From Trichoplax sp. H2 (taxonomy: Eukaryota), in assembly GCA_003344405.1 (NCBI GenBank), contig NOWV01000015.1:124001-188000 (forward strand): 64,000 bases of DNA, given 5' to 3'. Below, piece after piece: positions 51,321 through 64,000 of this stretch. The notes under the pieces were generated by a model, which worked only from the letters and a program-made list of their open reading frames with translations, made no database searches and had not been told where the DNA came from. Made by a program: the position numbers and the translations under genes. Numbering within the stretch: the first letter of the stretch is position 1; each line of letters starts with the position of its first letter.

Positions 51321-54300
51321 TTAAATAAACGGTTCATTTTGATCCTAAGAATGATTTGGAAATAAATAACTCTCTAGTTAAGAGTAATATTACGGGTCTA
51401 GTTCTCAATAATGCTGCTTAAAGTCCATCTACTTTGTCCGATAAAGTCTAGCTTAGTATAGTTTGCTTATTATGCGTTGGGATTAGTTTTATTTTTGTAA
51501 GCTAAGCATCGTGATGGTCGCAACTGCTAGATAGTTCTGCCATGGTTTTGTAATGATTCTACACCAGATCTAGGTAAAGTAAAGCAAATCAGGCCTATTT
51601 GGCAAAATTATCTGCAGATGTTATGGATTATGTATCATACGTCCATATTAATTTAATTATGTACTATTAGCATATCATAGCAATAGCTACCCATATTAGA
51701 TAAATAATTTTTTAATAATTTCAGGTATTGATTTCAATCAAATCAAACTAATTTAGCTAAATCATATATCTATTTGACAGGCTTTGGGTCCATACCTCTA
51801 TAAATTAATTCTATGTGAGGTGCTCCTATTGCTATTTAATGTGTCTTTTATACCTTAGCATGCTGCTGATAGTTACTGGTGCTAAATAGATATTCCTTAT
51901 AAATTAAGATAATAATGTTCCTTAAGTTCTAAGTCAACTAAATTAAATCACATCTATTAAAATAATAATACATGAGAATTTTTCTAATTCTTAGTAAATA
52001 TTCATTAAATAGCAACTATTTTAAGCAATTAGACCTGAAACTAGTGTGATTGATTTTGATTAATAAATAGTATACTGATTGTAGTACTGGTATCTACTTC
52101 TTTACTGATCGAACATAATGTCTATATACGAGTATATAATCTAATTTCAAGTCTGGGACTTTTAAAAGAAACTTAAGGACTGAATATGCATCTTCAGCAC
52201 CCAAAGTAAGCAATATTGATTAAATAGCATCTATTTTTATGCTATTGGGTCTGAATTAGCCCGCAATTAACAGGTATGATTCATGTCCAGTTGTAACCAA
52301 TATGACTTCAGTTAAGTCGACTTAGCGAGATTAAGAAGAGATGAATATCATATGCTTAGGTTAATTGATCACCGTAATCTGACTATATCGGTAAAAATCT
52401 AAGCAATATTGATTATTTGCTCCTTAATTTCAGGATAATTTACTATCTGCACTACTTTAATGTGATGGATATGACTGACAGTTAATTACGGGAAAACTTA
52501 TATATTTATATCCTATAATAACTAATATCTTTTTCTTGCTCAGAGCAATATTGATGAAATGACATCTATTTCATGCGATTAGGCCCAGGTTAATTTTGCT
52601 CTGTATCCTTAACGTAATGATAGTTATAACTGATAGCTAATTATGTATATTTATTTACCCGATTACATTACAGGAGATGATTTGCTTTAGTTCTAATTCT
52701 TGATTAGTTTCACGTCTGTTTTATCCTATTTGCTCAGATTAGTGCCGTGTTTTTAGACTAATTTATCCTCACAAGCTTAAAATAATGATATTCATAATTA
52801 ACTATTAATAGGTCGCGATTTCTGCTGTTGCCTATAGCAATGTTAATAAGATCACTTGCAGTTCGCAATATTTAACTTTAATTAGACGGTAGTCTGGATC
52901 TCATATGTTCTAAATTAATTTTTATTTTCTCTAGTGGAATACTATCTATCCAATGTGAAATTAACGTTATTATAACAGAGGCTAATTATCAATTTACGAG
53001 AACGTAGACAATCTAGTACAAGAAAGGAAACCTTCTTTGACTAGTTGTAGATGACCTGAGCCAGCAGTAAAGCTAACGTAATGTAGTAATAAAATATATG
53101 TAATTGATCAAACTTTAGAATATCAATTTTGACAGATAAAATTATTCAATTTGTTTATATTGCCCTTTGCGTCAATCATAATGTCTGCATATACGTCATT
53201 ATCAATGACGATCATAGCATACAAGTAGTAATTGAGACAATCTGATTACGTTCAAGATTGTCATATTTTTACAATAAATTGTATATTATGATATTATTGC
53301 GATTTTAAAATTCTATTTTTAACCAATTTAAATAGATAATGAGGGCATTAACATAACATACAATAAGATTTAATTCAATTTGTCACTCCCAGTCTTTATT
53401 GAAGCCTGTAAGGTGTTCAATCTATTGACAGATTCTAGTTTATTTCGTCAATTGTACTCCTAATTGTAATGAGAATAGGCTGTTTATTAAATGAATAGAA
53501 TTCATTAAATAGTTTAATGGATTGATATTGTCAGATTGATCATCATTAAATATTCCACATAAGCAAGATAACAAATATCAGTTTGCTATTATCAGCAAGT
53601 TTGGATAATAAAAAGTTCATTATCATGTTTGCTAATTAACTTCAAATTTCAGTTACTCCCTGTATATTTTATGTACACGTATTAGTATAAACCTATTTAT
53701 CATATAGCCTCAAAACTCGTGTGTAGAACAATCTTGCTAGGGAAGACCTTGAATTTTTTCTACGTGAGAGGTCTCTGAATCATTTCTTACTACATTGAAC
53801 ACACCTTCGCCGGTAAGAAAATCAAGGAATTCTTGTCTTATAACCTTGAAATTTCTTCTAATGTGAAAATATATGATGTCCAGCCATATAATTTTTCGCC
53901 TATAGCCAAATTGAGAAATGTTACAGTTTGACACCAGTTCTTTTACACGAGATATATTGTATGCGATATTTCTCTCAGAAAATTTTTTACGGTGGATAAG
54001 CCTCTTGTAACCGTTGAATTTATATCCTAATTCTGATCAGATATAAATTTTTCTAAAGCTTTTGTTATTCTATTGGCTAAACGATGTTTTAGAAGAGTAG
54101 AAAATCGCAAGATTTTATTTAATCTGATAAGAAACAAACGAATAAGAACTAGAAATTTATAATAAATGTCATGATAAGAAGTAAATATACGTTTAAAATA
54201 CTTTTATTAGTGTGAACAATATGTGAGTATGTTCTACTGTTACATTCTACAACTCTTGAGCTTGGTCAACATTAATAATTCTTAAACGATTCGTATAAAT

Positions 54301-57300
54301 TGCCAACCTAAATTGTCCTATTTTTTAGTCTGGCTATCATCTTATGCTGCAAATAGTAATATATCTATGAATATTATTAAACGTGAAATTAGCCTTATAA
54401 ATGGATTGACCGAAAGATAAAAGTACTAATCATCTTAACTGTAGTAAAAGCTTAGTCGTTTAAAAATGATTAGTTGATATAATGTATCAGATGATAATGT
54501 AATGCAGTGTAGTGATCACCATCAATGTGGAGTAGAAAAGGCATGATTTAATATGTAGGACTAGCGCCATCCTTTTATGAATTCCTCTCCCCCCCCCCAT
54601 TGCTTGTAAATCTTGAATTCAATTACCAACTAGCAAATAAAAAAAGCTCTTCTAGGTGCAATAATGTACTAAATTTCAGTATTGCTAATAGTATACTTGT
54701 CAAACTTTCTTTTTAGAGATAACATTTATTTTTTAAACTATTTTGCTGCTACCATGTGCAGAAAATAGCTTATGCATTCCATAAGAAATTAATCTTTAAT
54801 AGTACCTGACGTAACAGAATTTCAATAACTGCATCTAGAAACGATTAATTTACATTTAATCATTCAAACTGTAAATGAAAATTATAGCAACTTATCGTTC
54901 GCAATGAAGTAGAATAATCTTCTTTGCTCATGTAGACAATCTTTTATTCAGGATTAACAGAAATTTTCACCAATTTAAAATAATACTTTATTCAAGCAAT
55001 TTTAAAATGCATTGGAAAAATATCCAATGTAATACTAACTACTTGTACATAAGTCATATTCATGTTAATAATCTGATAATATTTGATGAATTGATAGTAT
55101 ATTCGTCAACACTAAAATTTGGCAAATGTTAAAGTAAAGACGTTTTCTCGATTTTCATGGGTACAAAATTACAATATCAATAAGGTCGTAACCTTATTCC
55201 CCTGGAATTGAATTCCGTTAAATCCTATAAAGCTTCTTGAATCTATAAGATCTCTTAGACGATTGATTCTGAATAACTTCTTTCTCCTTAATAGTATTAT
55301 AAGACAAGTGCTCACTGTTATATCCCTATGCCTATAACAGTTAAAGGAATACATTGGAGGAATAGTTTTATTATCCAGTATCATCAGTAATTATTTTTGT
55401 CTCAACATTGATCGTTTCTTTGCTATAATTCTTTGCGTCATATCCATAATGGCTAAGCATGCTACAGGAATGATTTAAATTATCGATCTTAACCTATTTG
55501 TGATAGAGTTACAAAGATGAATTGATTTAGACTTGCCTGAAATCAACTTTAAATTTTACCGTTTCATCACTATAATCTATAATGTATGTGGTAGATAGCC
55601 TGAACTGATGACTGACCTTGTTGTTCTTTTTTTATGTATCTTTTATTAGTAAATTAGACGGTCAAATTATCTATTGATTCCTTATTCAACATTATTATTA
55701 ACCAACGCAAGGGATCAGAAAATTAAGCAAAGTTATATCTTGGGAAGCTACTGCCCAAAACTCTACATCATCTATCGGTATGCATCGACAGTAATATCTA
55801 CTGCACTATCAAGAATAGACTAGATTTCATGACATGAAGAATAAGACAGATTCATGTCCATTAGGACATTAACTGAAAGTCAAATATCTCACTTTTATGA
55901 AGTTAGTTTATGCTATCATTAGATTTTGATGGCATTTCTAAATGGAACTTTGCTGCAATATGTCGATAGAGAATAGAATTTGAAACATTAATATAACAAA
56001 GCATTACAGACCGTTTATAATAGTAAAATCCATCGGCAAACAAAGAAAACTTCTGCTTACTGTCAATATTTCTTTTCTGTGCTTTAACCATGTCAAAGAT
56101 TTGTGCCAACATAGCCATGGTTTAATTAGTATTTCGCCGCTTATTATGATCGTAAATGCTTCCTACTTCTTAATTGTAATTTACAGCTCCATAAGCAATA
56201 CTCTGCCAGAGGATAGAATGGAAAAGCTGTTAATATTACGCCTGATTCTGCTATAGATAATGAAAAGTAGCTATAATGAAATAGCTTTAAAGGAATAGAA
56301 GATCAGAAATGGTCTTTTATACCAAAGTTGAAGCTACTTCTAAAAACCTCTGTACCTTGTAGCCAACAAATCTTGAGAACAGACAACCTGGTTTAGAATT
56401 TAGGAGATTACTAAAATCTTAAATTTTAACTCGATATTGATCTAGAAGCATTTGTGAATAAGAAGTACTTTATCAGATTAGTAATGGCTAATCTTTTCTC
56501 TATTTTGAATAACATTGAATGATTATGTAACAATGGTTAAGCACGAGAAGGTCTTGCAATAATTTGGTTAAGATTCTTGAAAATAACGTTAGTATAGTAT
56601 TTTTATTCCCCTAATCATATTAAAACTGGTCAATGTTCTTATTACGGTAGCTAAAAAGGACTAACCATAGCTGCATTACCGTAGCCTAATAGGACTGCTA
56701 GACTCACTTTATACCATAATTGCATCTCTTTTCCGATCGGCCGGTGCATTTATGCTCATGATATTCTTCTATTTGACTTTATCCCTTACCAAAGCATTGC
56801 TAGATTTCCCTTACTGAAAAATCATCTACGAATAGCTACCTGTCCACTTACTGTCGAATTATTCACTTTGACGTATAAATAATCTTCACTTTCATAGTAA
56901 TAATCAAAACTACTTCTAATGTGGAAATTATTAGGCCATCATTTATTTATCGACCTCGAAATCTAGGCATGATAATATCCTAACTAGCATTATTTGTGAC
57001 ACCTGTCACCAGTTTAAGAAGGATAAGAAAACATAAAAATTGTAATATTGTGCATGATCACTTTGTTAATCAGTTATTTTCCTCTTTCACTATGGCATTT
57101 GACGTAATGAGTTCATGTTCTATGATTTATATTTTGTTAATTTACGTGATTGAAATGAATATATCGACTTATTTATTCCTAAAGAAAGTATTCTTTTCAA
57201 TTAATGGAAAAACAAGTATAGCTGTAGCTTTCCACGTCGATTTTCTTCCGAGAAAGTCAAATTTAGACAATAGTAAGTAAGTGTGTAAGATCGGAGGGGT

Positions 57301-59298
57301 GCCTGATCGATGAATTAAAATAAATTTAAATAACTATCATGAACTACTATTAACTATTTATTCTAGAAGCCTTAATTGGCTATAGAAAGGTAGACATGGT
57401 TATTATGTAGAAATAAAATTGGTCACTGAACAACATTGGTAAATTATGGTGGGTTACGTTCACTTTAATCATGGTAAATCAATCAAGAACACCTTTCTCT
57501 TAATTCTGCTCCCTAGGTGTTAACAACCCGATATTAGATTTAATTCAGTCTTTAGACTCAGTAAAGGAGATTCTTAACTTTATTTTTTCTCGCCCCAAAG
57601 GTTAAATTTTATCATAATTTTGCTAAGCATTCATTTTATATTTAGAAATTATAATTCTGAACTATTTTCAGGCTGTGAATTAATATATGATTTTAGACGC
57701 ATTTTCAACTAAACTGTAGCCTGTAGTTAAGAAAAGATGTCTATCGAAAATGGCTGTAGACAGTAACAGATCATTTTATTAATATAACTAGGGAAGGGTA
57801 TATCTTCCACTCTAACATAATTAGAAGCTTTTGACGGGTAATGTTGATGGGTGATAAAAGGTAAATGATTCCTGCCGCTAAACTTGAAAGAATTGATGAT
57901 GGCTAATAGCCTGTTTAATAACAAAATACTTTCCGCTAGATTAATTCTTTATTAAATTGCCGACATAATATTATCTTTCATCTCGTAGTGCTATAAATTA
58001 TCAGGGCAAGGTCATATTTTGGCCTATTCATGATGAGATAATTGCGAAAGTCCAGGCTAAAAGGATTACTGGGCATATTCATGATTTATCTGATCTAATT
58101 CATTTTGAGAAGCAGATGTAAATTTAAATCGTCCTAGCAGCATTGGTTAGATATTTCTTATTATGTAATAGCCTTGATATCCGTATAGATTGCCTATAGG
58201 TTAGTATTTATTTTATGGATCGCTATTGTATATTCATCCATTATTATTAATAAATCGATTTTTTAAATTTTGTATTATGATTTGTCTGGCGATGGCTAAT
58301 GTAAATATATTCAAAATTTGATTGAAGAAAACTACGTCTCTTCGATTTAATAGCCTTTACAATAAAATATTTTTGACGAAAATTACTATTCAATGATCCA
58401 ATACCTTATCAACGTATGATTTAAGAATTGCTACTTCACGAGATTAACGAGACTACATCGTACTCATTATTTACGATTTATTAATAACATTACGCCACAA
58501 ATAATGCGATTGAGCACCACTAATTAATGCAATTGGCAATAACCTTTTATTTGCAGCATTGATTCATGAAACAAAAACAGCATAGAAATGTCTAGCAATT
58601 AATGACTAATACTGTGAAGCCATTAATTGATTCCCTGCTAATGATTATTGAAGGACAGTGTCGGAGCAATTATCGACTCGCAATGCGACTGAATTAATCC
58701 AACCGATTAAATTACAGCAATTTATTCTGTAACCGTCGAGAATATGATTTACGTATCGTTCGTATTTAATCAAAGTCTGATAAACCTTAAGTAAAATCTC
58801 TTTCATCTTGTCGACAACCTTTGTCTAGTCAATGATATCCTTAATGTTTATTTTTATCATTATCAATCTGTTTAGTTTATTTTCGATATTATTTCTTTTA
58901 TCTTTTCTCTAGTCTGATGGATAGCTCTATTTTAGGTTATAAATTATAAAAGCCGTTAAAGTACGATAGCTAAAATTTTGTTACTTTTGGTGCTGGCTTT
59001 TAAATTCTTCAATTTCGGTCCTAATCATTCATGCGTACAAATTTAAATAATTAATTTAATGGAACAAAATTGGCGTAACTCTGGAAACGCAATAATTGTT
59101 ATCTTAATGTTAAAATTTATAATACATTCCAAGCGTTGATCGCCTTTGATCAATTATAATTGGATAGCCACACATTTATTTACACTGATTGACTATTACT
59201 AATTGATTTGTATTACATGTAGACAAAATTATAAATTCTTATGGCGTCTAGTCCGATCGTAACATTTCATTTTTTTGCCTTTTTATGATCATTTAGCC

Positions 59299-61271
59299 AT
59301 GTCAATCAGTAACTCATCTACGATCGCTACTACTATGAAAGGAAACCAAACTGGTAAGTTAGCATTGCCTTGCAACGGCAAACTTTTGAGTTTTTCTTTG
59401 AGTAATGTCGTAGGCAAGTATAGCATCAAATTTGTCTTACTGTATATTCAGTTGGCGAACAATTCGATTGATGAGCTACAGCATGTAACTTTTTAACATT
59501 ATCATGCTCCTATCGCTATATTTATTTTAGGAAGAGTAGATCATGATTGGTAATACTTTCCCCATGTTCTTCGTGATCGTTAAGTTTACAATCAATCGCA
59601 CAGTAAACAGTAAATAATATCCAGATTCTATATTAGCAGCATATTATTACTCAAGCACTTGCTACCACAGATAGGGTAATATCGAATCCAACTGAACAAA
59701 AAACTGAAAAATTGATGTGTTTAATCTTTAATGATGATAATGATTTCCTGGAGAAAATTTTGTTGTTTTATTTTCTATGAACGTCCTAGATTTTTATTTT
59801 ATTGCTGTGTGCATGAAGTTCATCATTCTCACAATTTCTCCTAACCATAAAATAGTTATTAGTTGCTCTTGTAAAATCTAAACATTTTATTTTTATATCG
59901 TTCATCGGGAGATAGTAGCGTTGTGACAGTAGAACATATCAGGATAGTATTAGTAGATAGATTAAAGAGGCACTTCTTTTTTATTCATTTAATCTTACTG
60001 ACTCCTTGAACATGTCTGATGCATTACTAAAATCCTTTATTGGGTGCAAGAAATGACTCTGTAATCATTTTGCATCGTCTTGTTTGCTACCAGATGATAT
60101 CGATATAACGTAATACTGCATACGTCAACTATATTACATGATTAGTGGTCCATATAAACTTTTGGTGATAAACTGAAAGTAATCGTAGCGCATAAAGCTA
60201 CGATAAATAAAGTGAACCAAATGGACTAGAGTTTCAATACAAGGTCCTAATCAATTTCTCCATTCTCTAGAGGTTATTTTAGGAACAGAATACATCATCA
60301 GCGGACTATTAACCTTGTTTACCAACGGAGCATTGTTGATGTTCATCTTGGCTAATAAGAAACTAAAGACGTCTAAACTCATTATAATTTGTAGCACATT
60401 GATTGCTGGCATACTCTTCGCTAGTTGCTACATTTTGCCTCGTTTTACGCTTTTACTTAAGAATGGACAATCTGAATGGCCTCAAGACTATCGTTGTGGA
60501 TTGATATCGCGCCTTGGATTAGCCATTTTTTTCTGTTTAAATATTCATTTGATCATGAGAATTATGGAAATGTATATCCAAATTTGTCATCCATTCCAAT
60601 CGCAACATGTATTAACCAGTAGAAACATAACACTAGCGATATCATTGGTTTGGCTAATTACATTGTCTATACCGGCTGGATTTCAGATTTACTTTGAAAC
60701 AAGTGTTAACATAACATCACTTCAGGACAAAAGCGAGTGTCACAGACTGTCTAATAATATTCTCATTACATTTAGTATAATTCTAGCTGGATTTTCTGCA
60801 ATTATACTAATCATATGCTCAACAACTTATGCTAGAATTTTATGCATTGCTAAATCAAGCCGAAAAAGGCTACGGCACTTAAGTACCAGAACTAGTTCCA
60901 CCACCGATAGCTGTATTACATGCCAGGATAGTAATCAGGAAAATTCTAAAAGGAACTCTAAAATAGGGGGGAAATTGGGAAAGATGGATAAAAGTTTAAC
61001 GCAAACATTAATTCTTTTTATATTTTATTTATTAGCAATTATGCCATTTTTAGTCTTGGTTCTGTATACGCAACTGTATTACAATGCTTTTGTACTTCGT
61101 CGTTGGCCTAGAAATTTAATCTTATTATTTCGCTATTGTCAGTATGTGGCTTTTCTATTTCCAGCCTTTCAGCCGATACTTTTTATGTTCTTTACGGCCG
61201 ATATTAGAAAAGCTGTTTTCTCTAGATTACGTTGCCAGCGTAAGGAAACACGGTCTCCATCTTGTGTATAA
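59299..61271 (+). CDS. Rhodopsin-class (class A) orphan GPCR, 2 coding exons
   Basis: Exon 59299-59353 (MSISNSSTIATTMKGNQT, two N-glycosylation sequons) splices in phase to 60271-61271. Seven hydrophobic segments, TM1 Asn, TM3 Cys, EMYIQICHPF, TM4 Trp, TM5 YARI, TM6 Pro, FQPILF, helix 8 DIRKAV. Confidence 0.88.
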
Positions 61272-63044
61272 ATTGGTTTCATTTTGTGGTTACTCCAGAC
61301 AAGTAAAGCAAATATCAAAACATCCATTCTTCTAGAGTTATTGGTCTATACAATATTGGTCGGCGTTGTTTCTTGTTAATTAGAAATTAAGAAACAGAGA
61401 TCGAAATGTTTTTTCAACTGCAGGTGACGGTTCTCAATTTAGATGCTAATGCTTTATTTTTCATAACTTGGTTCATGCTGATGTGGTACTCTATGCAACA
61501 AATCATCAATTTATTTTTAAGTATCGTACTTAATCAATATTACTATGAAATTAAATTCATTTGCTATCTTTGATATACATCAACGACATTAGCCTTTTCA
61601 TAGTTGAATATGGTAAGAAATAGATTAAAATAAGCCTGCATACTTCTCCGACTAGCGGTGATCTAATATCACGTTATATGATGCATATCAACACACAATC
61701 TTGATTATATTTAAGCAGTAATAACAAAATTTAATTTATTATGATATATTGCAGATTATTAGATTCATCAGTTACTATCAGTCAATAACTTTGGCTTTGA
61801 AATTGTCGAAAATTGTGACTACAGAAGTGAACTCTAATTTTATATTTTAATGTACAAAGATTACCGCATTTGTACTGACAGAAAGGAGGAAGACATTATA
61901 TTCCTAACACAAATCTATAATTAGTACGTATTTGAAATATTTAATTAACTGTGCTAACGGAATAGCTAATATCGAAGTGAGAATTTAATGTAATAAGATA
62001 CAAGCTTTATGATAAAGATTATAAGTTATACAAATTGATACACTGTATATAGCAAATATATGCTAATTTTATGCGGGAATATTTATTCTAAATAATGATC
62101 AAACCTTTTCGTTATCTCGTCTGTACTAGTAATTTCATAACATTATGTTCAACTGTACGCGATATAATTGATAACCTTAAATATTAAGAAAGGGAATTCT
62201 ACTCATCTTGGTAAGAGAAAATAAAGGAAAGTAAAGTAATGCAATGAATATTTCCATGTTAGTAGCAGCAAAACTTTATATTACTATTCTAATAATCTAA
62301 TTTTAATCTGAAGCACTGCCTTCTTCCACAATTATCGTACTTTTTATATATATACTGCATGAAATCGGTTTCAGTGTATCGAATTAAAATCGATGTTTCA
62401 GCTTCCATTACATCATACAGCGGTAGTAACCTTATTTAGTGAAGTTTAAATAAAGCATCGCAATCAATTCAAAATGTTAAATTGATTGAAGGTATGAGAC
62501 AATACGATTCTATTAGGTCAATTTGAAAAGATAATTAATTAAACTTGTATTGCTATATTTTAAGAAAAAACGAATCATGCTTGTTTTTATCTCTGAAGAG
62601 TTTCATCTATAGTTCATTATACATCAAAAGGCAAAAGTTAGTACATATTTGTAGATATCAACGAATTAAAATAAATTTATAACATTCAGGAAAGTAGATA
62701 GTTTGACCAGAATACTTCTTTCTTCAAGATCATGTTTTAGTTGTGAATCATATGCACCGTGATAGCTATGGCAGTATACCCTGGCATTATCATATTAATA
62801 ATACTGATTGATTAGAAAGAGACCTATTGAATATTTTAAAATTTGCAGGATCTCATGGTAGGGATATCTTTATTATAAAAGTCTTGCAGAGAATGAATTT
62901 GTTATGGCAAAAGCTTGAGTAACTTCCAAAATCCCTTAATGATTACAGATGCCTGCAACAAGAATACCACAGTAAAATATTGTGAACAACACTTATGTAG
63001 ACTAGAAACGGCATCATATATCATGTCATACTCGATCAAATCCA

Positions 63045-63505
63045 TATCAATAGCAAATTAATAAATAAAATTATAACCATGATGTAGTGTAGTTATGCAA
63101 GATTAAAATTGACTAACCATGCCATCATTTATCTTGAAATACTTGATCCAGTATATATCAGCAGCAAATTAATAAAGTTATATTATACCCATGATTTAGA
63201 AAAGTATAGTAGGCATGTGCCATTGTTAGTATATAAAGACACGAAACAATATATTATTAATAACATTAAATTGTTCAGTCATTGTAATTAGCTAAAATTG
63301 TAGTAAAACAGCATTATTTATTATGTTATGATCGATGATGAACATACCAGTAGCAAATTAATAAAGGAGAATTATAGCATGATTCAATATAATAAAGTAA
63401 GACACGTGCCATTACCAACGTAATAGATGCGCAAAATAATGTATTATTAATAGTTTTAAAATTTCCAGGTACTGTAATTAGCCAAAACTGTAGTAAAATA
63501 GCCTC
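63045..63505. repeat. Degenerate direct repeat, ~190 bp unit, 2 full copies plus a partial
   Basis: agcaaattaataaa at ~63052, 63163 and 63352; tgtaattagc.aaaa.tgtagtaaaa.agc at ~63283 and 63473. Confidence 0.65.
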
Positions 63506-64000
63506 ATTAGAAATTTAGCAACTCCGTTCAGTTAGAGAAATATGACAAATAAATTCTACTGACGCCAGAAACACATTTGCTGTAGCGTAATTCTGTTCAA
63601 CTTTACCACATAAAAAAATATTGTGTTCGTATTTTAGGCCGATAATGGCTGTTTGAAGTCTAATATTGAAGGATCATACTATAACAATATCTATTTTTTA
63701 GCAAGTATCTGCATGCAATACGGATATAAATAATTGAGGTATAACATTATTTTCCTATTCATCCAGCTCCTGCCACTGCATTGTGATAGGAAGACTTACA
63801 CATTATTTTATGTGTGTGTATAACATAACCGTTATTACCAGAAATGAACAATGTAACAAAGTAATACTAAAGTTTTACCTAAAATATTTATTCTATACTT
63901 AACTAGCCTTCATAAACACCAAGCGGTAATTTCCATTAAATTAGAAATTTTAATTTTTATTACCATTCGAATCAATAGCAAACGGTATCAAATAGATTAA

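Overview
AT-rich eukaryotic (animal) genomic DNA with short GT-AG introns and a 20-N assembly gap. Composition, intron sizes and the divergent GPCR suggest an early-branching metazoan such as a placozoan; this is inference only. Gene models were built by hand from splice sites and phases. They are: a ~1,150-aa disordered protein of unknown function (5393-9792, +); sideroflexin SFXN5-like (+); NSMCE4A/Nse4 (-), with exon 1 duplicated across the gap; TEX49/SPMIP11-like microtubule inner protein (+) with an upstream RFX X-box; LYAR (-) head-to-head with TACC (+); two tandem intronless genes; a tentative orphan spliced gene (-); and an atypical rhodopsin-class GPCR (+). The tandem pair is the most interesting candidate system. 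Each encodes signal peptide + N-terminal-His LPMO-like domain + EGF-like repeats + 2-3 DOMON domains retaining Met/His heme ligands + GPI-type tail. This could be a surface copper monooxygenase fused to its own cytochrome electron relay. Also notable are NSMCE4/LYAR/TACC linkage matching vertebrate paralogons, GTAC-palindrome satellites, several 90-190 bp degenerate tandem arrays, and a G-U-rich inverted repeat.
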